Shown one piece after another: positions 19,518-29,218 of a stretch of 32,000 nt of DNA. Every line of letters starts with the position of its first letter. Positions within the stretch are counted from its first letter, which is position 1. The stretch lies in contig NZ_CM001976.1 of NCBI RefSeq assembly GCF_000406145.1, positions 3,509,263 to 3,541,262 on the forward strand. Direction: 5' to 3'. Origin of the DNA: Dickeya dadantii NCPPB 898 (GTDB taxonomy: Bacteria > Pseudomonadota > Gammaproteobacteria > Enterobacterales > Enterobacteriaceae). A program made the translations under genes and the position numbers. Below the pieces are notes generated by a model that was not told where the DNA came from, did not search any database, and saw only the letters and a list, made by a program, of their open reading frames with translations.

Positions 19518-19721
19518 ATCGTTACCTGCCAGAACAGTCCGCTTGATACATCACTCGCAATAACGCGCCATTGTACGCGTTATCCGCATTACCTCAAAAG
19601 CAGACCGTCAGGATCGCGGAAAATCGCACGCAATCATTCCGTGCAGCAATGCAAAATCCGGCGGGAAAGTATGAGTCGGCTCGCAAAATAGCGCCAGGCA
19701 GCTTGAAAGCAACGTCGCCAA

Positions 19722-19930
19722 AAAGCGAAACCCGGTCACACAGTAACTGTCTGACCGGGTCTCTGAATAGGCGGTGCCTCACTCAACGTGTCGCCCGATG
19801 TGTGATAAAGCCCAAAGGCAGTTATCAATAAAGCTGGACGATAGGCACCTTATCTTTCGGCATCATTCGGGGCGTTATGAGCATGGTATTGACCTTCACC
19901 ATACCATCATAACCAGTTGAATGAGCAGCA
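19722..19930 (-). ncRNA. glmY: Small RNA GlmY (ends approximate)
   Basis: It lies between purL and glrK on the glrK strand, as in E. coli. A sigma54 promoter lies just upstream. There is an internal long stem-loop (minus strand TTATGATGGTAT...ATACCATGCTCATAA, + coordinates ~19875-19912). A terminator CCCGGTCA...TGACCGGG (19731-19759) is followed by TTTCGCTTTTT. No credible ORF is present. Confidence 0.75.
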
Positions 19931-19939
19931 GCCCCATTA

Positions 19940-19955
19940 TGCACCTGTCGTGCCA
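19940..19955 (-). promoter_or_regulatory. Sigma54 (-24/-12) promoter of glmY with an overlapping sigma70-like promoter
   Basis: The minus strand reads TTGGCACGACAGGTGCAT, compared with TGGCAC-N5-TTGCA. The same stretch reads TTGATA-16 nt-CATAAT as a sigma70 -35/-10 pair. Confidence 0.75.
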
Positions 19956-20063
19956 ATTATCAACAACAAAAAATAAACAACTGAAATATAAATAAAAATA
20001 AAATAAAAGGTAATCTAAAAGACGATCTGACTGCCACTTTAGCTCGCTGGAAATTTAGCCTTT

Positions 20064-20081
20064 TGTCGCTAAAAAAAGACA
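20064..20081. promoter_or_regulatory. GlrR binding site candidate 1 (TGTC-N10-GACA)
   Basis: TGTC-GCTAAAAAAA-GACA is an exact match to the GlrR consensus spacing. Confidence 0.65.
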
Positions 20082-20126
20082 CCCTGATGAACAACAAAAA
20101 TAGCCATTAAAAATCAAATAGATAAA

Positions 20127-20144
20127 TGTCACCTTTTGGCGACG
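20127..20144. promoter_or_regulatory. GlrR binding site candidate 2
   Basis: TGTC-ACCTTTTGGC-GACG matches 7/8 core positions. Confidence 0.55.
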
Positions 20145-20158
20145 GATCAACATGGTGT

Positions 20159-20176
20159 TGTCGTTGATTTGAGACA
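20159..20176. promoter_or_regulatory. GlrR binding site candidate 3
   Basis: TGTC-GTTGATTTGA-GACA is an exact core match. It abuts the purL terminator. Confidence 0.65.
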
Positions 20177-20206
20177 AAAAAATAAAGGGACCGAAGTCCC
20201 TTTATT
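20174..20206 (-). terminator. purL Rho-independent terminator
   Basis: AATAAAGGGAC-CGAA-GTCCCTTTATT forms an 11-bp stem. On the minus strand it is followed by TTTTTGT. Confidence 0.85.
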
Positions 20207-20228
20207 ATCAACACATTAATTTATCGCA

Positions 20229-23200
20229 TTACCCCAACTGACGGCGTGCGTTACGGAACATACGCATCCACGGGCTGTCTTCGCCCCACGTTTCCGGGTG
20301 CCAGGAGTTGCTGACCGTACGGAACACACGCTCCGGGTGCGGCATCATCACCGTAGCGCGACCGCTAGCGCTGGTCACCGCGGTGATGCCGTTGGGCGAA
20401 CCGTTCGGGTTAGCCGGGTAATCTTCCGTGGCCTGACCGTAGTTGTTCACGTAGCGCAGCGCCACCAACTGATGCTGTTCCAGAGCGGCCAGATGGCTGT
20501 CGTCACGCACTTCTACGCGGCCTTCACCGTGCGACACGGCGATCGGCATACGGGAACCGGCCATATCCTGCAGGAACAACGACGGGCTGTTGGTCACTTC
20601 CACCAGACTGAAACGTGCTTCAAAACGGTCTGATTTGTTGCGCACAAAACGCGGCCAATGCTCCGCCCCCGGAATCAGTTCACGCAGGTTGGACATCATC
20701 TGACAGCCGTTACATACGCCCAGCGCCAGTGTTTGCGGACGCAGGAAGAAAGCGGCGAACTCATCGCGTACCCGATCGTTGAACAGGATCGATTTCGCCC
20801 AGCCCTCACCGGCGCCCAGCACGTCGCCGTAAGAGAAACCGCCGCAGGCGACCAGCGCCTGGAAGTCCTGTAGGTTACGGCGGCCGGCCAGCAGATCGCT
20901 CATATGAATATCAATAGCGTCAAACCCGGCTCGATGGAACGCCGCGGCCATTTCCACATGAGAGTTGACGCCTTGCTCACGCAGTACCGCCACCTTCGGG
21001 CGCGCCTGACGGCTGATGAACGGCGCGGCAATGTCTTCGCGCAGGTCAAAGGTCAGCGCCACGTTCAGCCCCGGATCGTTGTCATCGGATTTGGCGTGGT
21101 GTTCCTGATCGGCGCACTGCGGGTTATCGCGCAGACGCTGCATTTGCCAGGTGGTTTCTGCCCACCAGTTGCGCAGCGTAGTGCGGCTCTCGTGGTACAC
21201 CACATCGTCGCCGCTGTGAATGATGAAGTGGTTGCCGGCTTCCGCCTGCCCCAGATAATGCACGCAATCCGCCAGACCATGCTCAGCCAGTACCTGTTCC
21301 ACTTCGGCACGGCGGGAAGCGTCGATCTGAATGACGGCGCCCAGCTCTTCGTTGAACAGCACCGCCAGCGCATCTTCGCCCATGGAACCGATGTCCGCTT
21401 TGACGCCGCAATGCCCGGCAAACGTCATCTCCGCCAGCGTGACCAGCAGGCCGCCGTCTGAACGGTCGTGGTATGCAAGCAGGGCCTGATTCGCCACCAG
21501 CGCCTGCATCGCGTTGAAGAACCCCGCCAGTTGCGCCGGATTACGCACATCCGCAGTCTTACGACCCAGTTGGCGATACACCTGCGCCAGCGCCGTAGCG
21601 CCCAGCGCGTGATGCCCGGCGCCCAGGTCGATCATCAGCAGCACGTTGTCCTTGTCGGTACGCAACTGCGGCGTGACGGTATGACGCACATCTTCCACGC
21701 GGGCAAAGGCGGAAATCACCAACGACAGCGGCGCCGTTACCGACTTGTCTTCGCCGTTTTCCTGCCAGCGGGTTTTCATCGACATAGAGTCTTTACCCAC
21801 CGGAATGGTCAACCCCAACGCCGGACACAGTTCTTCGCCAACCGCCTTCACCGCTTCATACAGACCAGCGTCCTCGCCCGGATGCCCGGCCGCCGCCATC
21901 CAGTTGGCGGACAGTTTCACCCGTTTCAGCTCGCCGATATGCGTCGCCGCAATGTTGGTCAGCGCTTCCCCGACCGCCAACCGCGCCGACGCGGCGAAAT
22001 TACGCAGCGCCACCGGCGCACGCTCGCCGATGGACATCGCTTCACCGTAATAGCTATCCAGACTGGCGGTCGTCACGGCACAGTCCGCCACCGGAACCTG
22101 CCACGGCCCGACCATCTGGTCGCGCGCCACCATCCCGGTTACCGTGCGGTCGCCGATAGTGATCAGGAAGGTTTTCTCGGCCACGGCCGGCAAGTGCAGC
22201 ACACGCTCAACCGCTTCCGCCAGATAAATGCCTTCACGATTCAACGGCGTGCCTTCCACGTCTTTACGCTCAACATCGCGCAGCATTTTCGGCGTTTTGC
22301 CCAGCAACACGTCCAGCGGCATATCGATCGGTTTATTGTTGAAATGGCGATCGTTGAGCGTCAGGTGCTGCTCTTCGGTGGCTTCGCCAATAACCGCGTA
22401 AGGCGCGCGTTCACGGCGGCAGATTTCATCAAACAGCGCCAGTTGTTCCGGCGCTACCGCCAGCACATAACGCTCCTGCGATTCGTTACACCAGACTTCC
22501 AGCGGGCTCATACCCGGTTCATCATTCAGGATGTCGCGCAGCTCAAAACGACCGCCGCGACCGCCGTCGCTAACCAGCTCCGGCATGGCGTTGGACAGGC
22601 CGCCCGCACCGACGTCATGGATAAACAAAATCGGGTTCTGTTCGCCGAGCTGCCAGCAACGGTCGATCACTTCCTGACAGCGACGCTCCATTTCCGGGTT
22701 ATCGCGCTGTACCGAGGCAAAATCCAGATCCGCGTCAGACTGACCGGAGGTCATGGAAGACGCCGCGCCGCCGCCCAGACCAATGTTCATCGCCGGGCCA
22801 CCCAGCACGATCAGCTTGGCGCCGATGCTGATTTCACCTTTTTTCACATGCCCGGCGCGAATGTTGCCGATACCGCCCGCCAGCATGATCGGTTTATGGT
22901 AGCCACGTACCTCAACGCCGTTATGGCTGTCCACCACTTCTTCATAAGTACGGAAATAACCGGTCAGCGCCGGACGGCCGAATTCGTTATTAAATGCCGC
23001 GCCGCCCAGCGGGCCGTCGGTCATGATGTCCAGCGCGCTGACGATACGATCCGGCTTGCCGAAATCCTGCTCCCACGGCTGGATAAACCCAGGAATGCGC
23101 AGGTTGGATACCGAGAACCCCACCAGACCGGCTTTCGGTTTTGCCCCCCGCCCGGTAGCGCCTTCATCGCGAATTTCGCCGCCGGAACCGGTCGCGGCGC

Positions 23201-24116
23201 CCGGCCACGGTGAAATGGCGGTCGGGTGGTTGTGGGTTTCCACCTTCATCAGGATATGCGCGTCTTCCTGATGGTAGCCGTAAGCGCCCTGCGGATCGGC
23301 GAAGAAACGGCCGACGGCCGACCCTTCCATCACCGCCGCGTTATCTTTATAGGCGGACAGGACATAGTCCGGCGTATGCTCAAAGGTGTTTTTGATCATC
23401 TTGAACAGCGACTTCGGCTGCGTTTCGCCATTGATGACCCAATCGGCATTAAAGATTTTGTGACGGCAGTGCTCGGAATTCGCCTGCGCGAACATGTAGA
23501 GTTCGATATCTGTCGGATTGCGTCCCAGTTTGGTAAAGGCATCCAGCAGATAATCCATTTCGTCGTCGGCCAGCGCCAGACCCAGACGCAGGTTAGCTTC
23601 TTCCAGCGCGGGACGCCCCTGCAGCAAAATTTCCACCCGTTTCAACGGAGCCGGCTGATGCTGGGAAAACAGCAGATTGGCCTGTTGCAGGTCGTCAAAC
23701 ACGCTTTCCATCATGCGGTCATGAAGCAGCGCGGCCAGTTCCCGCCACTGTGCATCGCTGAGCGTCGGCGCGTGGATGTAAAACGCCAGACCGCGCTCCA
23801 GACGACGAATTTTCTGCAAACCGCAATTGTGCGCGATGTCGGTTGCCTTGGAAGACCAGGGAGAAATGGTGCCCGGACGCGGGGTCACCAGAATCAGCCG
23901 CCCGGTAGGCTCGTGCTCTGCGAGAGAAGGGCCGTATTTCAGCAGGCGGCTCAGTCGTGACTGCTCGTCATGGTTTAGCGGAGCGTTCACATCGGCGAAG
24001 TGGACGTATTCGGCATAAATGTCGCTGACGGGCAGGTGATATTCCTTGCACCGGGCCAACAGTTTATTGATACGAAAAGCCGATAAGGCGGGTGAACCAC
24101 GCAGTATTTCCATCAT
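20229..24116 (-). CDS. purL: Phosphoribosylformylglycinamidine synthase
   Basis: 1295 aa starting [24 protein letters not shown]..., colinear with and the same length as E. coli PurL. Confidence 0.98.
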   Translation of the reverse strand: MMEILRGSPALSAFRINKLLARCKEYHLPVSDIYAEYVHFADVNAPLNHDEQSRLSRLLKYGPSLAEHEPTGRLILVTPRPGTISPWSSKATDIAHNCGLQKIRRLERGLAFYIHAPTLSDAQWRELAALLHDRMMESVFDDLQQANLLFSQHQPAPLKRVEILLQGRPALEEANLRLGLALADDEMDYLLDAFTKLGRNPTDIELYMFAQANSEHCRHKIFNADWVINGETQPKSLFKMIKNTFEHTPDYVLSAYKDNAAVMEGSAVGRFFADPQGAYGYHQEDAHILMKVETHNHPTAISPWPGAATGSGGEIRDEGATGRGAKPKAGLVGFSVSNLRIPGFIQPWEQDFGKPDRIVSALDIMTDGPLGGAAFNNEFGRPALTGYFRTYEEVVDSHNGVEVRGYHKPIMLAGGIGNIRAGHVKKGEISIGAKLIVLGGPAMNIGLGGGAASSMTSGQSDADLDFASVQRDNPEMERRCQEVIDRCWQLGEQNPILFIHDVGAGGLSNAMPELVSDGGRGGRFELRDILNDEPGMSPLEVWCNESQERYVLAVAPEQLALFDEICRRERAPYAVIGEATEEQHLTLNDRHFNNKPIDMPLDVLLGKTPKMLRDVERKDVEGTPLNREGIYLAEAVERVLHLPAVAEKTFLITIGDRTVTGMVARDQMVGPWQVPVADCAVTTASLDSYYGEAMSIGERAPVALRNFAASARLAVGEALTNIAATHIGELKRVKLSANWMAAAGHPGEDAGLYEAVKAVGEELCPALGLTIPVGKDSMSMKTRWQENGEDKSVTAPLSLVISAFARVEDVRHTVTPQLRTDKDNVLLMIDLGAGHHALGATALAQVYRQLGRKTADVRNPAQLAGFFNAMQALVANQALLAYHDRSDGGLLVTLAEMTFAGHCGVKADIGSMGEDALAVLFNEELGAVIQIDASRRAEVEQVLAEHGLADCVHYLGQAEAGNHFIIHSGDDVVYHESRTTLRNWWAETTWQMQRLRDNPQCADQEHHAKSDDNDPGLNVALTFDLREDIAAPFISRQARPKVAVLREQGVNSHVEMAAAFHRAGFDAIDIHMSDLLAGRRNLQDFQALVACGGFSYGDVLGAGEGWAKSILFNDRVRDEFAAFFLRPQTLALGVCNGCQMMSNLRELIPGAEHWPRFVRNKSDRFEARFSLVEVTNSPSLFLQDMAGSRMPIAVSHGEGRVEVRDDSHLAALEQHQLVALRYVNNYGQATEDYPANPNGSPNGITAVTSASGRATVMMPHPERVFRTVSNSWHPETWGEDSPWMRMFRNARRQLG

Positions 24117-24208
24117 CTAAATTTCTCTCGTCTTCGAGGCACCGGAGACAGTGCGTCAGGGCGCTACAGGGGGGAAACGCGCGCTATTATAGAGAATAGT
24201 GGCGCGCG

Positions 24209-24224
24209 ACGAAACCGTTTGCGT
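24209..24224. promoter_or_regulatory. PurR operator of purL
   Basis: The + strand ACGAAACCGTTTGCGT reads ACGCAAACGGTTTCGT on the purL strand. That is identical to the E. coli purL PurR operator as I recall it. It lies ~95 nt upstream of the purL ATG. Confidence 0.8.
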
Positions 24225-24390
24225 AGCGATTGTTAAACATTGAGAGAACCTTGCGGTTAAACAGTAGACAAACTAATAACAGTTGCACACTGGCGGTTTG
24301 TTAAGCAAAATGCCCCCCGACTCTGGGACAGATGCATAAGAAACTGCCGTTACAGACAGACAGGCCAACCGGCCGCCGAGAGACAACTCA

Positions 24391-25848
24391 TTGAAGCGTT
24401 TAACGATAAATTATGTTTTCATCGGGGTGATCGCTTTGCTGTTGACGCTGGCACTGTGGCCAAATATTCCCTGGCGCAGTCACCAGGATGTTCAGCTAAG
24501 GCAAATCCTTTCACGTGGCGAGCTGCGCATCAGCACCGTTACCTCTCCGCTGACCTATACGCTCAGCAACGGTTCCCCCACCGGACTGGACTACGAACTG
24601 GCCAAACGATTCGCCGACTACCTCGGCGTGCGGCTGGTGGTATCGGTGCGCCAAAACGTCGACGATCTGTTCAGCGATCTGGATAACGACAATGCCGACC
24701 TGCTGGCCGCCGGCCTGATTTATAACCGGGAGCGCCTGAGCCGTTTCCGGGCCGGTCCTTCCTATTATTCTGTGTCGCAGCAACTGGTCTATCGCATGGG
24801 TACGGCTCGCCCCAGCGCGCTGGACAAGTTACAGGGCAAACTGGCCGTATTGTCCGGCTCGGCGCACGCTGCGACGCTGCGCGATTTCAAAGCCGGTAAA
24901 TACCCGCAACTGAGTTGGGAGGTCGCCACCGACTTGTCCGAACTGGACTTACTAAAGCAGGTGGCGGAAGGAAAACTGGATTACACCATCGCCGACTCAA
25001 TCAACATCGGCCTGATGCAGCGTATTCACCCGCAGTTGGCGGTGTCGTTCGACCTCAGCGACGAAGAGCCGGTTACCTGGTATATGCGGCAAAACCATGA
25101 CGATAGTCTCTCCGCCGCGCTGCTCGACTTCTTCAGTCAAACGATGGAAGACGGCACCCTCGCCCGTCTGGAAGAGAAATATCTCGGGCATGTCGGCGAG
25201 TTCGACTATGTGGATACCACTACCTTCCTCAGCGCCATCGACAATACGCTGCCGGGCCTGCGCCCACTGTTCGAGAAATACGCCAGAGAGATCGACTGGA
25301 AACTGCTGGCGGCCATTTCATATCAGGAATCGCACTGGAACCCGCTGGCGACCTCGCCGACCGGGGTGCGCGGCTTGATGATGCTAACCCGCAATACCGC
25401 TGACAGCCTGGATGTGGTGGACAGGCTCAACCCGGAAGAAAGCATCCGCGGCGGCGCCAGATACCTGAATCAGATGATGCAGCAGGTGCCGGCAACCATC
25501 CCGACGGACGAACGCATCTGGTTTGCGCTAGCCGCCTATAACATGGGGTACGCCCATATGATGGATGCCCGTAAACTGACGGAAAAACAGAAAGGCAATC
25601 CGGACAGTTGGGCCGACGTCAAGATACGTCTGCCGATGTTGAGCCAGAAACGCTATTACGCCCAGACCGCCAACGGTTACGCCCGCGGTCAGGAGGCTTA
25701 CAACTACGTGGAAAACATCCGGCGCTACATGGTCAGCCTGGTCGGGTATCTCTCGGAGAAAGAAAGCCGGGCGTTGCAACAGCAACTGGCCGCCAGCGCT
25801 TACCCCGCCGTACCACCGGAACAGTTAACCGCCAATCCTTCCCGCTGA
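24391..25848 (+). CDS. mltF: Membrane-bound lytic murein transglycosylase F
   Basis: 485 aa with a TTG start. [28 protein letters not shown] is colinear with E. coli MltF. It has an N-terminal PBP-like domain and a C-terminal SLT domain ([11 protein letters not shown]). Confidence 0.93.
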   Translation: MKRLTINYVFIGVIALLLTLALWPNIPWRSHQDVQLRQILSRGELRISTVTSPLTYTLSNGSPTGLDYELAKRFADYLGVRLVVSVRQNVDDLFSDLDNDNADLLAAGLIYNRERLSRFRAGPSYYSVSQQLVYRMGTARPSALDKLQGKLAVLSGSAHAATLRDFKAGKYPQLSWEVATDLSELDLLKQVAEGKLDYTIADSINIGLMQRIHPQLAVSFDLSDEEPVTWYMRQNHDDSLSAALLDFFSQTMEDGTLARLEEKYLGHVGEFDYVDTTTFLSAIDNTLPGLRPLFEKYAREIDWKLLAAISYQESHWNPLATSPTGVRGLMMLTRNTADSLDVVDRLNPEESIRGGARYLNQMMQQVPATIPTDERIWFALAAYNMGYAHMMDARKLTEKQKGNPDSWADVKIRLPMLSQKRYYAQTANGYARGQEAYNYVENIRRYMVSLVGYLSEKESRALQQQLAASAYPAVPPEQLTANPSR

Positions 25849-25851
25849 CGC

Positions 25852-26376
<525 letters not shown>

Positions 26377-26418
26377 TCATCACGTGCGGCGCGCATTATA
26401 CATGCCAGCGGCGGCGAA

Positions 26419-27063
26419 TCATTCCAGTTGCTGCAGATGGCCGGCTGGCGTCACCCGCCAGCGCTGCGCACAGAAAAACAGGAGTGGATTATCCTGCTGG
26501 CTGTCGCTGTAACCGCTGTACAGCTCAAGCGGCGCGCCCAGCCGGCGCTCCATCTGCACCACTTTTTCATGCCCCAGACAGCGCAGGCTCAGTACCCAAC
26601 CGCCCCAGCGCCGCGTCATCTGGCTGCCAATCAGCTGAACCCGAGGTAAAAACGGCGCATCGCCATAAACCTGTTCAACCAGCCGCTGCGGCGAACCGGT
26701 GACCAGCCAGACCTGCGACCGGTTGTCGGCCAGATAACGCTCCAGGCGCTGGTGAACCAAAGGGAAAGGGGTAACCCTTTGACGAAACCAGACCACAAAC
26801 GCCTGCTCTAGTTGCCGCAGTCGCGATTCACGCCGCCCAGCCGTGATCGCCCACAGCAGCAGGCTAACCGGCCAGCGAGCGGCGCGGCCGTTTATCGCCA
26901 ATCCTGCCGCCAGCAAAGGCAACAAAGGAACAATCAGCAGCACATTCAACGGCAAATGGCGGATCAAGAACCACAGGAAGCTGCCAAACAGGTCCTGACG
27001 ATGCAAGGTGCCATCCAAATCGAAGAACACAACCCGCATGGCTGTCGGCGACGCGTTCAACAT
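26419..27063 (-). CDS. pgpC: Phosphatidylglycerophosphatase C (HAD family, YfhB)
   Basis: 214 aa from MLNASPTAMRVVFFDLDGTL (HAD DxDxT motif), colinear with E. coli YfhB/PgpC. A GGAGAG SD lies 5 nt upstream of 27063. The ORF-track start at 27177 would overlap murQ. Confidence 0.85.
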   Translation of the reverse strand: MLNASPTAMRVVFFDLDGTLHRQDLFGSFLWFLIRHLPLNVLLIVPLLPLLAAGLAINGRAARWPVSLLLWAITAGRRESRLRQLEQAFVVWFRQRVTPFPLVHQRLERYLADNRSQVWLVTGSPQRLVEQVYGDAPFLPRVQLIGSQMTRRWGGWVLSLRCLGHEKVVQMERRLGAPLELYSGYSDSQQDNPLLFFCAQRWRVTPAGHLQQLE

Positions 27064-27100
27064 AGGCGCTCTCCGGTCGTTCGAGTTTGCGGCAACGGCA

Positions 27101-28024
27101 TCACGTCCTCTCCACGCGCAACGCATCACGCAGATAGCCGCCTTTCCCAGCCAGCCGTTGTCTGGCCTGCTGCGCATCGCAACCGGTCACCACCATCACT
27201 ATTGCCGGTTTAACCTCATAATCGGTCTGCGCCAGACACCGCTGCGCCGTTTCCCGATCAACGCCGGTGGCGTCCATCAGGATGCGACAGGCACGATCCG
27301 CCAGCTTCACGTTGGTGGCTTTCACATCCACCATCAGATTCTGGTACACCTTGCCCAGGCGCACCATCGCGCCGGTGGAAATCATGTTCAGCACCAGTTT
27401 TTGCGCCGTACCGGACTTCAGCCTGGTGGAACCGGTCAACACTTCCGGCCCCACCAGCGGAGAAATGGCGATCTCTGCGGCCTGTGCGATCGGCGAATGC
27501 GGGTTGCAGGAAATGGCGGCGGTACGGCAGCCCAGAGCACGCGCATAGCGCAAGCCGCCAATCACATAGGGGGTTCGCCCCGACGCGGCAAGACCGATCA
27601 CCATGTCCTGAGAGGTTAGCGTCAGCGCGATCAAATCCGCTTCGCCTAACGCCGGGTCATCTTCCGCGCCTTCAACCGCCTTCAGTAAGGCGCCGGGGCC
27701 GCCGGCAATCAACCCCACCACCAATCCATGCGGCACACCAAAGGTGGGTGGGCATTCCGACGCATCCAGCACCCCCAGACGGCCGCTGGTGCCGGCCCCC
27801 AGATAAATCATCCGTCCGCCGGCCTTCAGGCAGCCTGCCGCGGCATCCACAGCCTGAGCTATCGCCGGTAAAACCTCGCGGATCGCCTCCGGTACCCGGT
27901 GGTCCTCCTGATTGAACAATGACACCATCTCCAGCGTGGACAGTTGATCCAGATTCATCGACGCCGGGTTACGTGTTTCCGACACCAGCGCGCCGAAATC
28001 GATACTTTTTTCGTCTTTTATCAT
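27101..28024 (-). CDS. murQ: N-acetylmuramic acid 6-phosphate etherase
   Basis: 307 aa with a SIS domain. [22 protein letters not shown] and [15 protein letters not shown] match E. coli MurQ. Confidence 0.93.
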   Translation of the reverse strand: MIKDEKSIDFGALVSETRNPASMNLDQLSTLEMVSLFNQEDHRVPEAIREVLPAIAQAVDAAAGCLKAGGRMIYLGAGTSGRLGVLDASECPPTFGVPHGLVVGLIAGGPGALLKAVEGAEDDPALGEADLIALTLTSQDMVIGLAASGRTPYVIGGLRYARALGCRTAAISCNPHSPIAQAAEIAISPLVGPEVLTGSTRLKSGTAQKLVLNMISTGAMVRLGKVYQNLMVDVKATNVKLADRACRILMDATGVDRETAQRCLAQTDYEVKPAIVMVVTGCDAQQARQRLAGKGGYLRDALRVERT

Positions 28025-28098
28025 TATTCAGTCGCCTTGCTCATCAGGCTGCGTCGATCGCCGGCAACCGGCGCACAGGTAACGCACTGCCGAACCAA

Positions 28099-28135
28099 TA
28101 AAAAACGGCTTGCAAGGTAACTGGCAAGCCGTTTT
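28099..28135 (-). terminator. Terminator of the small upstream gene
   Basis: ACGGCTTGC pairs with GCAAGCCGT. On the minus strand it is followed by TTTTTT. Confidence 0.7.
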
Positions 28136-28152
28136 GTCAGTACTTCTCGACA

Positions 28153-28494
28153 TCAGAATATTTTGTCCTCATCTTCGCGGATTAGCGAATCCAGATCGCC
28201 CAGCGCTTCACGCGCTTGTGCCCGGTTGATGAGTTTAAGCTGTGCTGCCGCCGGGAAATCCGTGATGTTAATCTGACCTTTGGTGATCAACACCTGAATC
28301 AGATCTTCCAGTACACGCACCATTTCCAGATCGCTGCTGCGCAGTCGCTCGATGTTAGCCAGAATGGCTTGTTGATTATTCAGCCATGCCATTGCTTCAA
28401 CAGAACCATCCGGCAGTTCGCCGTTCATTTCGGGAAACGGCGTTTCTTCTACCCTGATGAGATGGCCGTTGCTGTCACGCAAAATATAAAACAT
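28153..28494 (-). CDS. Small conserved hypothetical protein (113 aa, acidic C-terminus)
   Basis: MFYILRDSNGHLIRVEETPFPEM...SDLEMVRVLEDLIQVLITKGQINITDFPAAAQLKLINRAQAREALG...EDEDKIF. There is an AAGGGA SD and a terminator downstream. The 105-codon upstream extension in the ORF track is Cys/Arg-rich and does not look like coding sequence. I vaguely recall similar small proteins in Pseudomonas and enterobacteria, unverified. Confidence 0.65.
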   Translation of the reverse strand: MFYILRDSNGHLIRVEETPFPEMNGELPDGSVEAMAWLNNQQAILANIERLRSSDLEMVRVLEDLIQVLITKGQINITDFPAAAQLKLINRAQAREALGDLDSLIREDEDKIF

Positions 28495-29218
28495 ACCAAG
28501 TCCCTTTTTTATTTGCAAAAGAGAACTCACCCGGCAAGGTGGTTCTCTATTCCTGATTAGGATTTCATCTGTTACCGCGCACGGCAACCGTATGTCCGGC
28601 TGGGAGAGGACGACGACGCAACACGTCTCAACGCACACGTACGCATCTGCCAGAGAGCACAAACATCGGAAACCCATCGTCTCCATCCGCTCCGGATGAC
28701 ACGCCGATGCCGATGCACCGCCAGCCATCCACGGGGTGGAATCAGTGCCGCCACGCGGGCGTAATGCCGCACGACAAGGCCTGAACAAGCTCGCATCCCT
28801 CACCGCCACATCACGTCAGGCCATCTGCCAGCATGGCATTTTCACCACCGCCGGGCAAGCTATCCACGTGATTCTCTGCCAAATCTCCGCGTTTTACGGC
28901 GGGTTGAATCGCATGCAGAGTATTATTAGCTTACTGATTACCAAACGTATTATGTCGTATCAAAATGTCAGTTATATTGACCGTCATAGATGATTTTCAA
29001 GCAGAGCGGAGCGACGGGACGGCCTCAAACCCGGCATAGTTCTGACAGGCGGCCTTGAAATGAAAGGTTGCGTCCGGCAAGGTTCGCCATGAATAATGCT
29101 TGCCAGTCAAAACCTGAAAAAACAACAAAATCAGGCCATATTGCTCACTTTTTTCTATTTTTTATCTGTGATCGCGTTGCCTGCAGGCGGTCACGATGGC
29201 TAAGGAACGCGCAGCGAC

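Noticed and set aside
19571-19831. 86-aa + ORF and 62-aa - ORF in the purL-glrK intergenic region.
   Set aside because: They overlap the predicted glmY sRNA and its terminator. There are no SDs and the sequence is better explained as structured RNA.
21468-23213. 581-aa + strand ORF and several other + strand ORFs between 20298 and 24018.
   Set aside because: They are antisense to purL. The translations are low-complexity and rich in R, H and Q, with no SD or motifs.
28736-28993. 85-aa + strand ORF and overlapping minus-strand ORFs 28572-28796 and 28153-28809 (5' part) in the gap upstream of the T1SS.
   Set aside because: The translations are Arg/Cys/Ser-rich with no recognisable domain or SD. 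The three mutually overlapping frames argue for non-coding GC-rich DNA. Only the 3' 113 codons of the minus-strand ORF look like a gene.
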